Source of the DNA: Callorhinchus milii
Lineage: Eukaryota
NCBI RefSeq assembly: GCF_018977255.1
Contig: NW_024704743.1
Coordinates: forward strand, 111,230,001-111,294,000
Reading direction: 5' to 3'
DNA length: 64,000 bases
The first letter of the stretch is position 1. Each line of letters begins with the position of its first letter. Shown piece after piece: positions 27,341-39,706 of the stretch. Both the position numbers and the translations under genes were made by a program. The notes under the pieces were generated by a model. It did not search any database and was not told where the DNA came from. It saw nothing but the letters and a program-made list of their open reading frames with translations.

Positions 27341-27850
27341 ATTCCTCCATTACCACCAACAGTTCTTCTCCTCCCCCCAGCACCTTCCCATGCCAGAGCA
27401 GTAGGTGCAAAATCTGCCCTTTCCCTTCCTCCCATACCACTGTCCAAGGCCCCCAACACAGATTTCAAGTGAGACAGTGATTTATGTGTACTACCACCAA
27501 AGTAGTTTACTGTATTCGCTGCTCATGATGTGGTCTCCTCTACATTGGGGAGACGAAATGCAGATTGGGTGACCAATTTGCTGAACACCTCCATTCTGTC
27601 CTTGACAAGCTTGACAACCCTGAGCTTCTGGTTTCTTGCCATTTCAACTCTCCCGCCCACTCGCACTCTGATCTCTCCATCCACGGTCTCCTACACTATT
27701 CCAATGAGCTACAGTGCAAGCTTGAGGAACAGCACCTCATTTATCTGCTAGAGGCCTTCCCCTTTTCTGTGACCATTACCACATCATTTTGGTCCCAGAC
27801 ACACCTTTTCTCTCTCTTATCCTCCTGTTTTGCTACAATTTCCACCCACA
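27341..27850 (+). mobile_element. Penelope-like element, GIY-YIG endonuclease and 3' region
   Basis: VVYCIRCS*CGLLYIGETKCRLGDQFAEH is a GIY-YIG motif. The PLE sequence resumes across the CR1 insertion (LVHS|SITT). Confidence 0.85.
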
Positions 27851-27852
27851 CC

Positions 27853-30234
27853 TCTCACCCCCAAGGAATTCTTACCGATATAACCAAGCACTGGATGGAG
27901 TCACACTAAGCATACGTTTTGAAATGTTTTATTCCCAAACTATCGAAATCCCAGTACACAGATGATTATAAACCCGCTTAACATATAAATTACGCCATTA
28001 TGCCTGACACACATTAATCACTCGGCGCATACACAATGAACTGACTTATAATCTATCCCGCACGATAATCACACTTGTCATTAACCGATCTAACTACTAT
28101 AACATATTTGAACCTATTATGTTGTCTATGTGGAATATGGGTGTACCTCTCTGACCTCGTTACGGTGTTGAGTGCGTGTTTTAGGAAGAGAGAATACTAC
28201 CAGTCTGTTGGCTGTCAGTGGAACAAGGTCTTCAACTTGCTGCTAGGCTCCGACAATCTTTCTCTCGCCTCTGGACTCGGACAACCTTTGCTCAGCTCCT
28301 GGCGTTCCCCTTCAGTGAGAGTTAGACTCGCATCTTTCTCTCCCCTCGAAGGTGCATGCTATCCCCTGCTCTGGCTGCCAGTCTTAAACCCTTTTTTACT
28401 CATCTGCACAATGTCATACTCATCCTCCCGCGACTCCCTGATTCTCCTTTCTCTGGCCTTATCTGTAACCCTTGCCCTGGCTTTCTTTCTAATCCGTGGA
28501 TTTGTTACCATGTCCCAATTAGTTGCATTCTAGATTGTGCTTTGGGACAGTCAAGAATGCAACTACAACAACAACAACAACAACAAGATTCCATTTATAA
28601 AGCGCCTTTCACGTCAGGAGGACGTCCCAAGGCGCTGCACAGTTGGGTCATGACCCGAGCAGGGGGGAAATGGTCAGGGTGAGGGGAGGGAAGGGAGGGA
28701 GCGAGGAGGGGAAGAGAGTCGAGAGGGGAGCTGAAGGCTCGGTCAAAGAGAAAGGTTTTGAGACCGGCCTTGAAGGAGGAAAGGGAGGAAGCAAGGCGAA
28801 GGCACTGGGGGATAGAGTTCCAGAGCCTAGGGGCTGAGAGGCTGAAGGCCCGACCACCGATGGTAGGGCGGTTGGTGCGGGGGACGTGGAGCAGACCGGA
28901 GCCGGAGGAACGGAGGGTACGGGCAGGTAGGTAGGGTGATAGTAGGTTGGAGAGGTAGGAGGGAGCAAGGCCGTGAATGGCCTTGTAGGTGAGGATGAGG
29001 ATCTTGAATTCAATCCTCTGGGGGATGGGGAGCCAGTAGAGGCGAGCGAGGGTGGGAGTGATGTGGTCACGAAGCCTGGTGCGGGACAGTACACGAGCTG
29101 CAGAGTTCTGAATGACCTGCAGCTTGTGGAGGGAGGTGGCGGGAAGGCCGGCGAGGAGAGAGTTCCCATAGTCCAGCCTTGAGGTGACAAAGGCGTGAAC
29201 CAGGGTTTCAGCAGCGTGAGGGTGAGGTAATGCCGTAGTCTGGCGATGTTCCGGAGGTGATGGAAGGCGGTGCCAGTTGTGGTGCGGATGTGAGGGAGAA
29301 AGGACAGCTCAGGGTCGAACAAAACGCCGAGGTTCCTGACTGGCTTTGAGAGGTGGAGAGTGCAGCCTTGGATGCTGATGGTGTCGGCGCCTGAGGTGCG
29401 GAGGCGCTGACGCGAGCCAATCAGGAGGGCCTCGGTTTTTCGCACTTTGAGCTGAAGAAAGATGTCTCTCGTCCAGGACTCGATGTCGGACAGGCGGACT
29501 GTCAGGACATCGGTGGTCGTGGAGTTGAGAGTAGAGGAGGAAAGGTAGAGTTGGGTATCATCCGCATACATGTGGAAGTTAACTCCATGTCTGCGGATGA
29601 TGTCACCAAGGGGGAGCATGTAGAGGGTGAAGAGGAGGGGACCGAGGACAGAGCCCTGAGGGACACCACGTGAGACAGTACGGGGGGTGGAGGAGAAGCC
29701 ATTCTAATTGGAACAAGGCTGTGCTTCAGAGCTTTGGGACGTCCTCCCGACATGAAAGGCACTCTATAAATGTAATTTTATTGTGGTTGTTGTGCTGTTA
29801 TCCTTCACCAGACCCATCCTTTCTTGCTTATCTATCCCAACCAGTCCTCCTGACTCCTGGCCTTGACAGCCTTAGACGATCAATTGTCCTCCTCTTGGTG
29901 CACGTAAGTGGCCTAATTGTCTTTCCATATCCATAATGCATTTTGTGCTATCTTGCACACGTTCTTAATATGTTTTTGTGCTGGCCTGTACATATTTGTT
30001 AGGACCCAGGTACTCCAAAGCTGCTTTCACAGGCCCTGTTATCTCACCTCCTTTGCCCTCTTGTCCAGGGGTCACATTCCAGTACCAGTACCTTAGCCTA
30101 ACTCGAGTCTGTTTTCAATCCCAGTTTCTTTGATGTTTATACCACAAGGCATCTTATTCCTTTATTAGTATTACTCTATGAAACTATTCTTCTATTGTGT
30201 ATTTAAAACGAGACCCACATTTTAACCCTTTACA
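27853..30234 (-). mobile_element. Putative solo LTR (~1.15 kb net), interrupted by L2 insertions at ~28560-29792
   Basis: Foreign segment splitting the PLE terminus. The minus strand starts TGTAA and has TATA-like motifs (~28050, ~27970), AATAAA (~27927) and a degenerate end (GGGGTGAGA rather than ..CA). The TSD is imperfect. Confidence 0.45.
28560..29718 (-). mobile_element. L2 LINE, 5'-truncated, young
   Basis: [39 protein letters not shown]...[13 protein letters not shown], with a (TTG)n tail. Confidence 0.93.
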
Positions 30235-30561
30235 ACCCTTTGTTCTGCAGCATTAGCACCTCTATTCCCCTGCTTTGTTGCAATCCCCCCCTTTGTTTTG
30301 CATCATTAACACATCTTTAACCCATCATCCCCTGTCCTCTTCCCCATTTTCTCCTTTGTCTTCCTTGCCCTGTCTCCCCCCTCTCTGTTACCCTTTAAAG
30401 CCTCTCCCTCCCAACATGCCCCAGTTCTGACGAAGGGTCATGGACCCGAAACGTTGACTCACTTTCCTTTTCCCATAGATGCTGCCTGACCTGCTGAGTG
30501 TTCCCAGCAACTTCTGTTTTTGTTTTCAAATTTCCAGGATCTGCGGTACTTTGTGTTTTGT
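30235..30561 (+). mobile_element. Penelope-like element 3' terminus (pseudo-LTR)
   Basis: Continues the sequence interrupted at ~27850 and carries the hammerhead motif. A 14-bp TSD, CAACCCAATTCATT, flanks the whole element; the right copy is split by a SINE. Confidence 0.8.
30423..30459 (+). ncRNA. Minimal type-I hammerhead ribozyme motif of the PLE
   Basis: AGTT-CTGACGA-A-GGGTC-atg-GACCC-GAAA-CGTT-GACT. Shows the CUGANGA and GAAA cores, helix II GGGTC/GACCC, palindromic AACGTT helix III, a GUU triplet and helix I AGTT/GACT. Confidence 0.65.
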
Positions 30562-30566
30562 CAACC

Positions 30567-30873
30567 TGTAGCTCAGTGGTTAGAGCACTCACTTTGCAAG
30601 CGAGACACCTGGGTTCAATTCCAGGCAGGGCAAAACCTTGGGTGAGTTTCCTTACTCCACACGCCTAATAATAATCCCTCCAAAACAAAACAATGATAAA
30701 TTGGTCATTTTCAATCCACGATTGTTTGTGGGTCACTGCTGTGCGCAATTGGCTGCCGAGTTTCACCCACAAATATACAGTCAATTCACTTTACAGTCTA
30801 TTCTGTGAAGCGCTTTGAGACATCGAGAAGATGTGAAAAGCGTTATGTCAAATGCAAGGATTATTATTATTAT
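30567..30873 (+). mobile_element. SINE inserted into the right TSD of the PLE
   Basis: Near-full-length family member with AACC repeated on both sides. Confidence 0.88.
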
Positions 30874-32231
30874 AACCCAATTCATTGACTGGTCAAAACG
30901 CAGCTCAGTAACAAACCAAATACAATTGTGCATTTTGAAATTGCTCTCTCAGGGTTTTTACTGGGTTCATTCTTTGTGTTAATTAGCACAAAGAATGAGT
31001 GTTAAGAAACAGCTCCACCATCTCGTCACTGTTTGTGTGTGTGTGGGGGGTAAATAGGGTTAAAGTTGACCTCTTGGCAACAGAATGTTGGAATCAAGTC
31101 AATTCTCTGTGGCAGTCTCAGTAGTCCAGCTCCTTAGACAGATGTGTCTGTTGTATCAGCCAGCCTGGCTTATCGGCAGGGCTTGAAGAGGCAGACCATC
31201 CACTGGGGGCAGGGATTTTTTCCACTCAGCTCCTGCTAACCCTGTAAGAGAAATTCCTAACAGGTAGGATGGTCCTGGCTGATCAAGCAGTGGGAAGCTT
31301 GCATCAGTGCTCTCAATGTCAAGCTATGCAGTTTTAGCTGGTTAAGGTCCAGCTGAAACCCACACACACTCATAGGTTACTAAGACTTGGCTTGTGCCAA
31401 CCTGTGTCTAATACTCTCTGGAATTAGGTAAGCAGGGTGTGTCCCTCCAGGGAGAAAGTGCACATTACATTCCAGACACAGGTAAATTTCTACTGGTGGG
31501 TGACATACAGATGTGTTAGAACTCTCAATCTGGTTTGGATGCTCTTAAGCATGGAGATGGGTTTCAGCATGTACATTATCAGACATTTGGCTGACTGAAA
31601 AAAAGGCACAGCTCAAACTTGTTCCTATCATTGAATTAGTGCCAGTGTTTCTTAGTGAAGACTCGCTTTGATCAGCGCACTGCTCCCAACCTCTGTTCCC
31701 CTCAACAGAAGCTCCTCCCAATCAATGGCCACTCGCTGCTGTAAGACACTACAGAAAACTGAATGCAGAGTCGGTCTTCTGAAAGGCTGTTGGAACACAG
31801 TTGGAACTCCAAACAGGGAGTTTTAACTCAGGGATTCCCTTATTGCAGATTCAGAAGTCAAGGGTGTTATTTCAAATCACAAATTAACTTTGGTCCTTTT
31901 AATTAGCAAAGGAATGTGCTTAAGAAAACTGGACTTTTAACCCCTGTGCAGTCAGCTGAGGCACACTTCGCCCATGAAGCAAATTAAAAATAACAGGGGA
32001 AAAATACATGATCACCGGCCAGAATGCCATATTCACGTTACACTTGTGATTCTTACTGCTGTATTCTTCAACTTTCACTACTGTTTAAGCTCATTTATAT
32101 GTCATTGAAGCAGATTAGTATTGCCTCTGCCACTGGATACCAGTATCTCTGAAGCTATTGTGAATTAATTACATAATAACTATGTAAGTTTTAACATAAT
32201 TTCAATATTTCTTACTTAAATAACTTTACCG

Positions 32232-32690
32232 TCTGTCAACCTGGCTCAATCGCTAGCATTCTTGCCTTGGGATCATAGGGGTTGTGAGTTTGAGCCCCAA
32301 GTCAGGGAATTTGAGCTCAGAATCTAGGCTGACCCTCCAGCACAGTTCTGGAGGGTGGGTGTTGCATTGTACAAGGTGCCGGTCCTTGTTATGAGACGAT
32401 AAACCTAGGTCCTGTCTGCCTGTTCAAGTGGATGTTAAAATCCCATGGAACTGCTTGAAATATTTAGCCAGGATTGTTTTCCACAGGGACCTGCCAACAA
32501 TTCCCTCAGATGAAAAAAATGTAATTCACTTCATTTCTTTTGTGGGATATCGCTTTACGCAAAATAGGCTTCCCCATTCGCCTACAAATATACAGTCACT
32601 ACACAGTACAGTAAATCCGGTGAAATACTTTGAGACGTCCTCCCGACATGATAAGATGCTAGATCAAATGCAAGAATTATTATTATTATT
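32232..32690 (+). mobile_element. Older DeuSINE-type (SacSINE1-like) copy
   Basis: cctggctca..tagca head, tctaggctgac.ctccagc, ggtgcc..tcc..atgagacg.taaacc.agg.cctgtctgcctgttcaagtggatgttaaaatcccatgg. Other copies at ~2916-3310, 8332-8490, 8873-9210, 34037-34350, 43955-44350 and 49178-49520. Confidence 0.7.
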
Positions 32691-35434
32691 GTTCTCTCAG
32701 TGATTCTAAAGGGATCTTGCAGTCTGCTTGTTGTCTGTTCCACTTGCCTTGTGAAGGCAACTGACCCTTTTCTGTCAGCAAATATGCTGCAATAACAAGA
32801 GCCAGTATTTAGTTTTGTACCTCCCTCTAGTGGTAATATTATGCCGTGTGGTGTCCAGCTCCTACCATTATTACAATAATACTCCTACAATGAGAACCAC
32901 ACCCAGTGTTACTGAATTCAGCATTGTATAGATTAACACATACACAAACACACCAACTACACATGTACTGTAAATGCTGCTGGCTGGCAGGCTGGTAACC
33001 TACATAGTGATTTAAAATTGTCGTTGTACATTGTTCTCCTCTTTGTATTGTTCCCTGTAATAAGTCTAATGCACACCAGCTGTGATTTAATTTTTGCATG
33101 TCGGAAATGAAATGCCAGTTGCTGATTGAAATCTGTTATTTTAAATCTCTGCCACTGAGTACATTATTATTTGCAATAAAACCGTCCACCCAGGATCTGA
33201 AGCTGTTCAATAATTGCCAAAGCCGTTTGTGAATCTAGAGCTGTTAATAGGCTGCTCTGTTTCAATAGCTCAGTACTGAGACTCTTTCACTTCAGTCTGT
33301 ACCTGTGCCTCATGCTAACGCAGATTAGAACATTCCTTGCTGTTTTACATCGTGTTAATTAAAGTCAATCTCTTCCTGATGCATTCTTCGACGAGAAATT
33401 TCTCACAGTGGCTAGCCAGACAAGAATCAGCATGCAGCTTCTCCACTGCGGGGTCACTGCACTAACAGAGCCTTGGGGGGGGGAAAGGGGATGGGATGGT
33501 GGCGGAGCAACAGAGTGAGAAAGGGATTGGAGTGGTGGGGGCGAGGATAAAATACTTTCCTCTGTGTTAGGCCGGTATCACACAGCCACGCATTCAAATC
33601 CATAGAATTTTGTAGAATAACATAGAATGATCCAACCTAACCCAGTCCATGCCAATATTTATACTCCACACAAGCCCCCACTCCTCTTTTCTCCTCTCTT
33701 TTTCACCTCTATTCTGTCTTTCTATTCCCCTTCACCCTCATGAATGATTCAAGCTTCCTCTTAAATACTGTACATGCTGTTTTTTTGCTTAAACCACAGC
33801 TTCCGGGAGTGAGTTCCCCCCACCTCATTGAATCCTTTCAGAATCTTAAACACACGACAAGGTCTTTTTGAGCACATTAATTAATACATCACAAGCTGAA
33901 ATATAAGGCATTCCATGGCAGAACCGATATGATAATTACCATATTGAATGTATTATGAAATGTTGGCATTTTGCACTCTGTTATCTCAGGCCCCTAATTG
34001 GATACCAATTCCCAGTAAGTATTGAAAAGTCTTTGTCTAGGCTGATACTTGTTGGACGTGTCATCCTTCGGATGTTACATTAAAATTAGGTCTCCCTGTT
34101 CCAGTGGTCATCAAAGATCCTATGGTACAACAGTATTTGAAAAGAGAAGGGAGTTTCTCCCGATGTCCTGGACAACAATCCCCCAAATAAAATTAGTCAT
34201 TTACTTCATGGCTGTTTGTGAAACATTGCTCTGTGTAAATTTGCTGCCTACAAAATATAGTCACTGCAATTCACAGGAATATCTTATGAAGCAATTTGAG
34301 ATGTCTTGACAACATGATAAAGTGATTTATCAAATGCAAGGATTGTTATTGTCTGCTCCTGACAGAATGACAATGAGGAAGAAATGTCTCATCTTCATAT
34401 CTGCTCATTTCAGAGGAAGCTCATCCCTGCACAGGCCAATTCCAATTATAATAATAATAATCCTTGCATTTGATATAGCGCCTTTCGTATAGTAATACTA
34501 ATAAAGGAATAAGATGCCTTATGTTAGTGAGATTCTTAAAGCACTTCACAGAATATACTGTGAATATACTGACCCAACTGTACAGCGCCTTGGGACGTCC
34601 TCCTGACGTGAAAGGCGCTCTATAAATGGAATCTTGTTGCTGTTGTTGTTGTATAGTGAATTGACTATATTTTGAGGGCGAAAAATATATTCAACATATA
34701 TCAAATCAATATGCCTTACTATCAGATATTGCTTGGCTAATTTTCATTAATTGAATAAATTTTTTTCTGCATTGCCGAACTCTTCTATATGTGGTAGCAC
34801 TTCACACTCGTACTGCCTATAGAAGTAATAACATTCAAAATATGCTTCTGCTTTTTGGATGACAAAGCACTCTGTTGAATGTGTAACCATAACTATATAG
34901 TGTAAAAGAATACCATTAGAATAATTTTGTTTTAATGATTTTCTGCTCAGATTATTTGTGCCTTTTTATCTCTTTGCTACATTGGCAGTCAAAGTGGAAA
35001 AACTGGAAAAACATGAATGTAAATCTATTCTACAACTGCATTAAGCAGATAGGGTATGACCTGTGATTGCTGATTAATAAAAATAATAATTCTTGCATTT
35101 GATACAGTGCCTGTAATTCCAAGAATATCTCAAAGCGCTTCACAAAGTTTCTGTAAAGTGTATTTGTGGGCAAAAGCAGCAGCCAATTGCGCACAGCAAT
35201 ATCCCACAAACAGCTGTGAAGTGAATGACTAATTTTATCTAGAGGATTGTTGCTTAGGACATCAGAAGAAATGCCCCTCTCTTTTCAAATAACACCATAA
35301 CATTCACACACACACACATGGAACCCTGGTTTAACATCTTATCCAAAGGATGGAACCTCTTTCGTGAATGCAGCTCTCCCTAACACTGGAGTGTAATTGT
35401 TATGAATTTGTGATTTTAAAGCAGATATAATGCG

Positions 35435-35970
35435 TCTCTCCACAGGCTGCAGATAATCCAGAACTCTGCAGCCCGTGTCCTCTCCTGCATCAAACTCCAT
35501 GACCCCATCTCCCCCATTCTCGCCCAACTCCATTGGCTCCCTATCCTTCAGAGGATCCAGTTCAAGATCCTGGTCCTCACCTACAAAGCCCTCCATGACC
35601 TCACCCCACCCTACCTCTGCAACCTCCTAACGCCCTATCAACCGCCCGCTCCCTCCGCTCAGCTGCCTCCGGCCTGCTCCATGTCCCCCGATCACCCGCC
35701 CCACCATTGGCGGGAGAGCCTTCAGCCACTCTGCCCCCAACCTCTGGAATTCCATCCCCCAATCACTCCGCCTCGCCCCCTCCTTAGCCTCCTTCAAATC
35801 CCGCCTCAAAACCCTCCTCTTTGACCATGCCATCGGCCACCCCCCTTCCCCTCCTCTCCCTTCTCCCACCCTGACCCCAGCTCGGGTCTGAAATGCTGTA
35901 CACTGTCCAGCGCCTTGGGACATCCTCCCAAAGTGAAAGGCGTTATACAAATGTAATCTTCTTCTTGTTG
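35435..35970 (+). mobile_element. L2 LINE 3' fragment (second subfamily)
   Basis: [12 protein letters not shown]...LHWLP...FKILVLTYKALH...LWNSIP-type sequence and an L2 tail. Confidence 0.85.
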
Positions 35971-36735
35971 CTTTAATAAAGGTCTTTGAATTTAATTCTG
36001 TAGCCTCCAATGTACATAAGATTCAAAATTAAAATTGACCAATAATATAGATATTATTGTGCCTATTACAAATTAAGCCACTGCATATCCAATGGTATAT
36101 TTTAGGTTATAGTATACAGTGTGACAACTGTATTTAATAAATTAAGAGTATAAATATGATATACCTATTTTATAGGTATTTCATAGAAAATCTGGCTTTC
36201 GGCAAATATGAATGTAATAATATAGGTTTTAATAAGTTATGATATCATACATAGAAATTTAACACAGGGTGATTAGATCTGGCAAAAATGGATTATACAT
36301 ATTTCATGGTTTCAGATTAATAAAAGATTAAGAACTGTAAAATAGAGAGGAATAAGAATATTTCTAAAGTTTACATCAATTTAAATTTCTGCTCTGCAAT
36401 CAGTAACTACTTGTAACTTGTGCAGAATGTTGTTATTGTTGTATTAGGACTAATGGTTAAATGATAGACAACCATCGCTGTGTATTTATAGTTCTCATTG
36501 ATAACAACATAGGATTTTCATGACAGGGAATAGCGTGAAAGCAAATCTCAAATCTCCTTAAATGCAGCTTTGCAAGAACTGATAACAGTATCTTTTCCCT
36601 GCTGGCTTCCTGCCATGATGGTCCTGAGCAGAATCGTTGATCTCAGCAGCAGTTTTCTCCCTCCCCCACACGTGGCCTTAGACGGGAGAATGGTTACTGG
36701 AAATAGTGATCGTGCCTCTGTGGAACTGCGGCATA

Positions 36736-37168
36736 CAACAACAACAACAACAAGATTCCATTTATAAAGCGCCTTTCACGTCCCAACGTGCTGGACAGTT
36801 GGGTCAGGACCTGAGCAGGGGGAAATGGTCAGAGTGAGGGGAGGGAGCCAGTGGAGGCGAGCGAGGGTGGGAGTGATGGGGTCGCGAAGCCTGGTGCGGG
36901 ACAGTACGCGAGCTGCAGAGTTCTGAATGACCTGCAGCTTGTGGAGGGAGGTGCCGGGAAGGCCGGCAAGGAGAGACTTCCCATAGTCCAGCCTTGAGGT
37001 GATGAAGGCGTGGACCAGAGTTTCAGCAGCGTGAGCGGTGAGCTAGTGCCGTAGTCTGGTGATGTTTCGAGGTGATGGAAGGCAGTGCCAGTTGTGGCGT
37101 GGATATGAGGAAGAAAGGACAGCTCAGGGTCGAACAGAACGCCGAGGTTCCTGACTGGCTTTGAGAGG
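36736..37168 (-). mobile_element. L2 LINE fragment with internal deletion
   Basis: Matches 28565-28690 joined to 29030-29350. Confidence 0.85.
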
Positions 37169-37170
37169 CA

Positions 37171-37536
37171 TAATATAATAATAGTAATCCTTGCATTTGA
37201 TATAGCTCCTTATCACGTCTTTGAGATGTCTCAAAGCACTTTACAGAATATACTGTAAAGTGAATCGTCTGTATTTTGTGTGCGAAACACGGCAGCCAAT
37301 TGCGCAAAGCAGTGTCCCACAAACAGTTGTGAATTGGTGACCAATTTTTTTTAAAAGAGTTATTACCCCAGGAAAAGTGATCCGCCAATCGACTAACAAC
37401 TGGGTTCCTACTTACTGCTAGGTAAACTGAGGCATGTGGAGTAAGGAAACTTGCCCAACATTTCGCCCCGCCGGGAATCGAACCCAGGTCTCACGCTTGC
37501 TGGGTGAGTGCTCTAAACACTGAGCTGCAGGACTCC
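37171..37536 (-). mobile_element. SINE, long subfamily
   Basis: Carries an extra internal segment (cagtttacctagcagtaagtaggaacccagttgttagtc) that is absent from the young copies. Confidence 0.85.
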
Positions 37537-38219
37537 ACAATATCTGTGGAAAATCCAAAATGGGCTGGTTGCACATTGCAACTGACACTGAATTATTTAT
37601 TGGACACCACATAAAGTTCTGATTGAAATAGAGGGATGAAAAATACGACATGTGATGTGACAGTTATCACTGGTGCTAATTATCAAATCGACTAAAATTT
37701 ATGTTTGCCGATAATTATCGGCTGGCCATTAGATTCCATTTCCCTTCTCCTCCCCACTTCACACCACACCTTCCCCTTCTCACCAACTGCTTTGCATCTC
37801 TCTTGTCTTCCCTTTTCACATTTCCTCTCTTCCTCTTTCCACACAAACCCCCTACTTAAGACCTACCACGTAGGCTGATCCGAGCTGGACTATCAGTGGG
37901 AAGCTTGCTAAGACAGTGCTCTGCAGTTTTAGCTGGCCAAACTCCTGTACACCCTCTAAGGTACCCAAGCCTTGGCTCTTGTCAATCTATAGGGTGCATC
38001 CCTTCGGGGAGACAGTCCGCAATCAATTCCAGACACATGGAAATTTATAGGTGGCATATATGTTTGGAACTCTCACAAAGGTTTAGATGCTCTTAAGCAT
38101 GGTGATGGGTTTCCGCACTAGTCAGATACCCGGCTGAATGAAAAGAAAAATTAAGTGACACACAAACTGACTTGACTCCAAGTTTACTAGATATAATAAT
38201 TATTATTGGTAATAACTAT

Positions 38220-38850
38220 AATAATAATAATCCTTGCATTTGATATAGCACTTTTCACATCTTCTAGACATAATAATAATAATAATCCTTGCATTTGATA
38301 TAGCGCTTTTCACGTCGGGAGGACGTCCCAAAGCGCTTCACAGAACACACTGTAAAGTGAATTGACTGTATATTTGTGGGCGAACGCGGCAGCCAATTGC
38401 GCACAGCAATGTCCCACAAACAGTCGTAGATTGAAAATGACCAATTTAATTATTGTTTTTAGTTTTGGAGGGATTATTATTAGGCGTGTGGAGTAAGGAA
38501 ACTTGCCCAAGGTTTCGCCCTGCCTGGAATTGAACTCAAGTCTCTCACTTGCAAAGCGAGTGCTCTAACCACTGAGCTACAGGACTCCACAAAGCGCTTC
38601 ACAGAATATACTGTAAAGTGAATTGACTGTACATTTGTGGGCGAACGCGGCAGCCAATTGCGCACAGCAATGTCCCACAAACAGTCATGGATTGAAAATG
38701 ACCAATTTATTATTGTTTTTGTTTTTTTTGGAGGGATTATTATTAGGCGTGTGGAGTAAGGAAACTTGCCCAAGGTTTCGCCCTGCCTAGAATTGAACTC
38801 AGGTCTCTCGTTTGCAAAGCGAGTGCTCTAACCACTGAGCTACAGGACTC
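38220..38850 (-). mobile_element. Tandem SINE cluster (tail stub, full copy, tail-less copy)
   Basis: 38330-38590 is repeated almost exactly at 38590-38850. An extra tail stub lies at 38220-38270. Confidence 0.9.
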
Positions 38851-39456
38851 AACAATCAGATGCGTGAAGCACTCTGAGACAACCCCCTGACATAGAAGGT
38901 GCTACTTAATTGTAAATATATTGTATTCAATTTGCTGAAACCTTTCCTTTACTCTTTGACTTAAATAGGTTTATCTTAACTTGGTGCCTAACTGATAGCA
39001 AGGTGAACACAGTTCAATTGTTGTGGAGACAATCAGCCTAATAACCTCTCACCATTTTCTTGTTGTTGTTATGTTAGCTGTTAAACCATTAATTAATGGG
39101 TTCCCTAAAATGCAATCTGACACCAGTCAGTCTCACATTGGAAACAACCCAAATTATCTGTAGCCTGGAGCTGTATAAAGTAATAAATAGAAAGTGTGTG
39201 ATAAAACTTGATAAAGGTTTGATGGAGCAGAACCTACTGAAGGTCATGACTTGGACCCAAGTCCACTTTGTTTAGCATAATCTAATCTGAAAGGCTAGCT
39301 GCACCTTGGTCTTTGAGAAAGATATGTTACAAACTCACTGCTGTGAGCATATGGACTGGCTGCACTCCAGGCAATAATGACAGGATAGTTTGGACAGTCA
39401 ATCTGGCAGTCTGGGTTCATTACAATTATTTCTGAGAGTACAATGCTATGCACCAT

Positions 39457-39706
39457 ATAATAATAATAATAATCCTTGCATTTGATATAGCGCTTTTCAT
39501 GTCTTCCAGACGTCTCAAAGTGCTTCACAGAATATGCTGTAAAGTGAATTGATCGTATATTTGTGGGTAAAACGCGGCAGCTAATTGCGCACAGCAGTGT
39601 TTCACAAACAGTTGTGGATTGAAAATGACCAATGTATTATTGTTTTGTTTTGGAGGGATTATTATTAAGTGTGTGGAGTAAGGAAACGTGCCCAAGGTTT
39701 CGCAAC
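39457..39706 (-). mobile_element. SINE, 5'-truncated
   Basis: Core and tail of the same family. Confidence 0.8.

Noticed and set aside
28648..29619. 323-aa ORF as an intact gene
   Set aside because: Truncated L2 RT that shifts out of its native frame midway.
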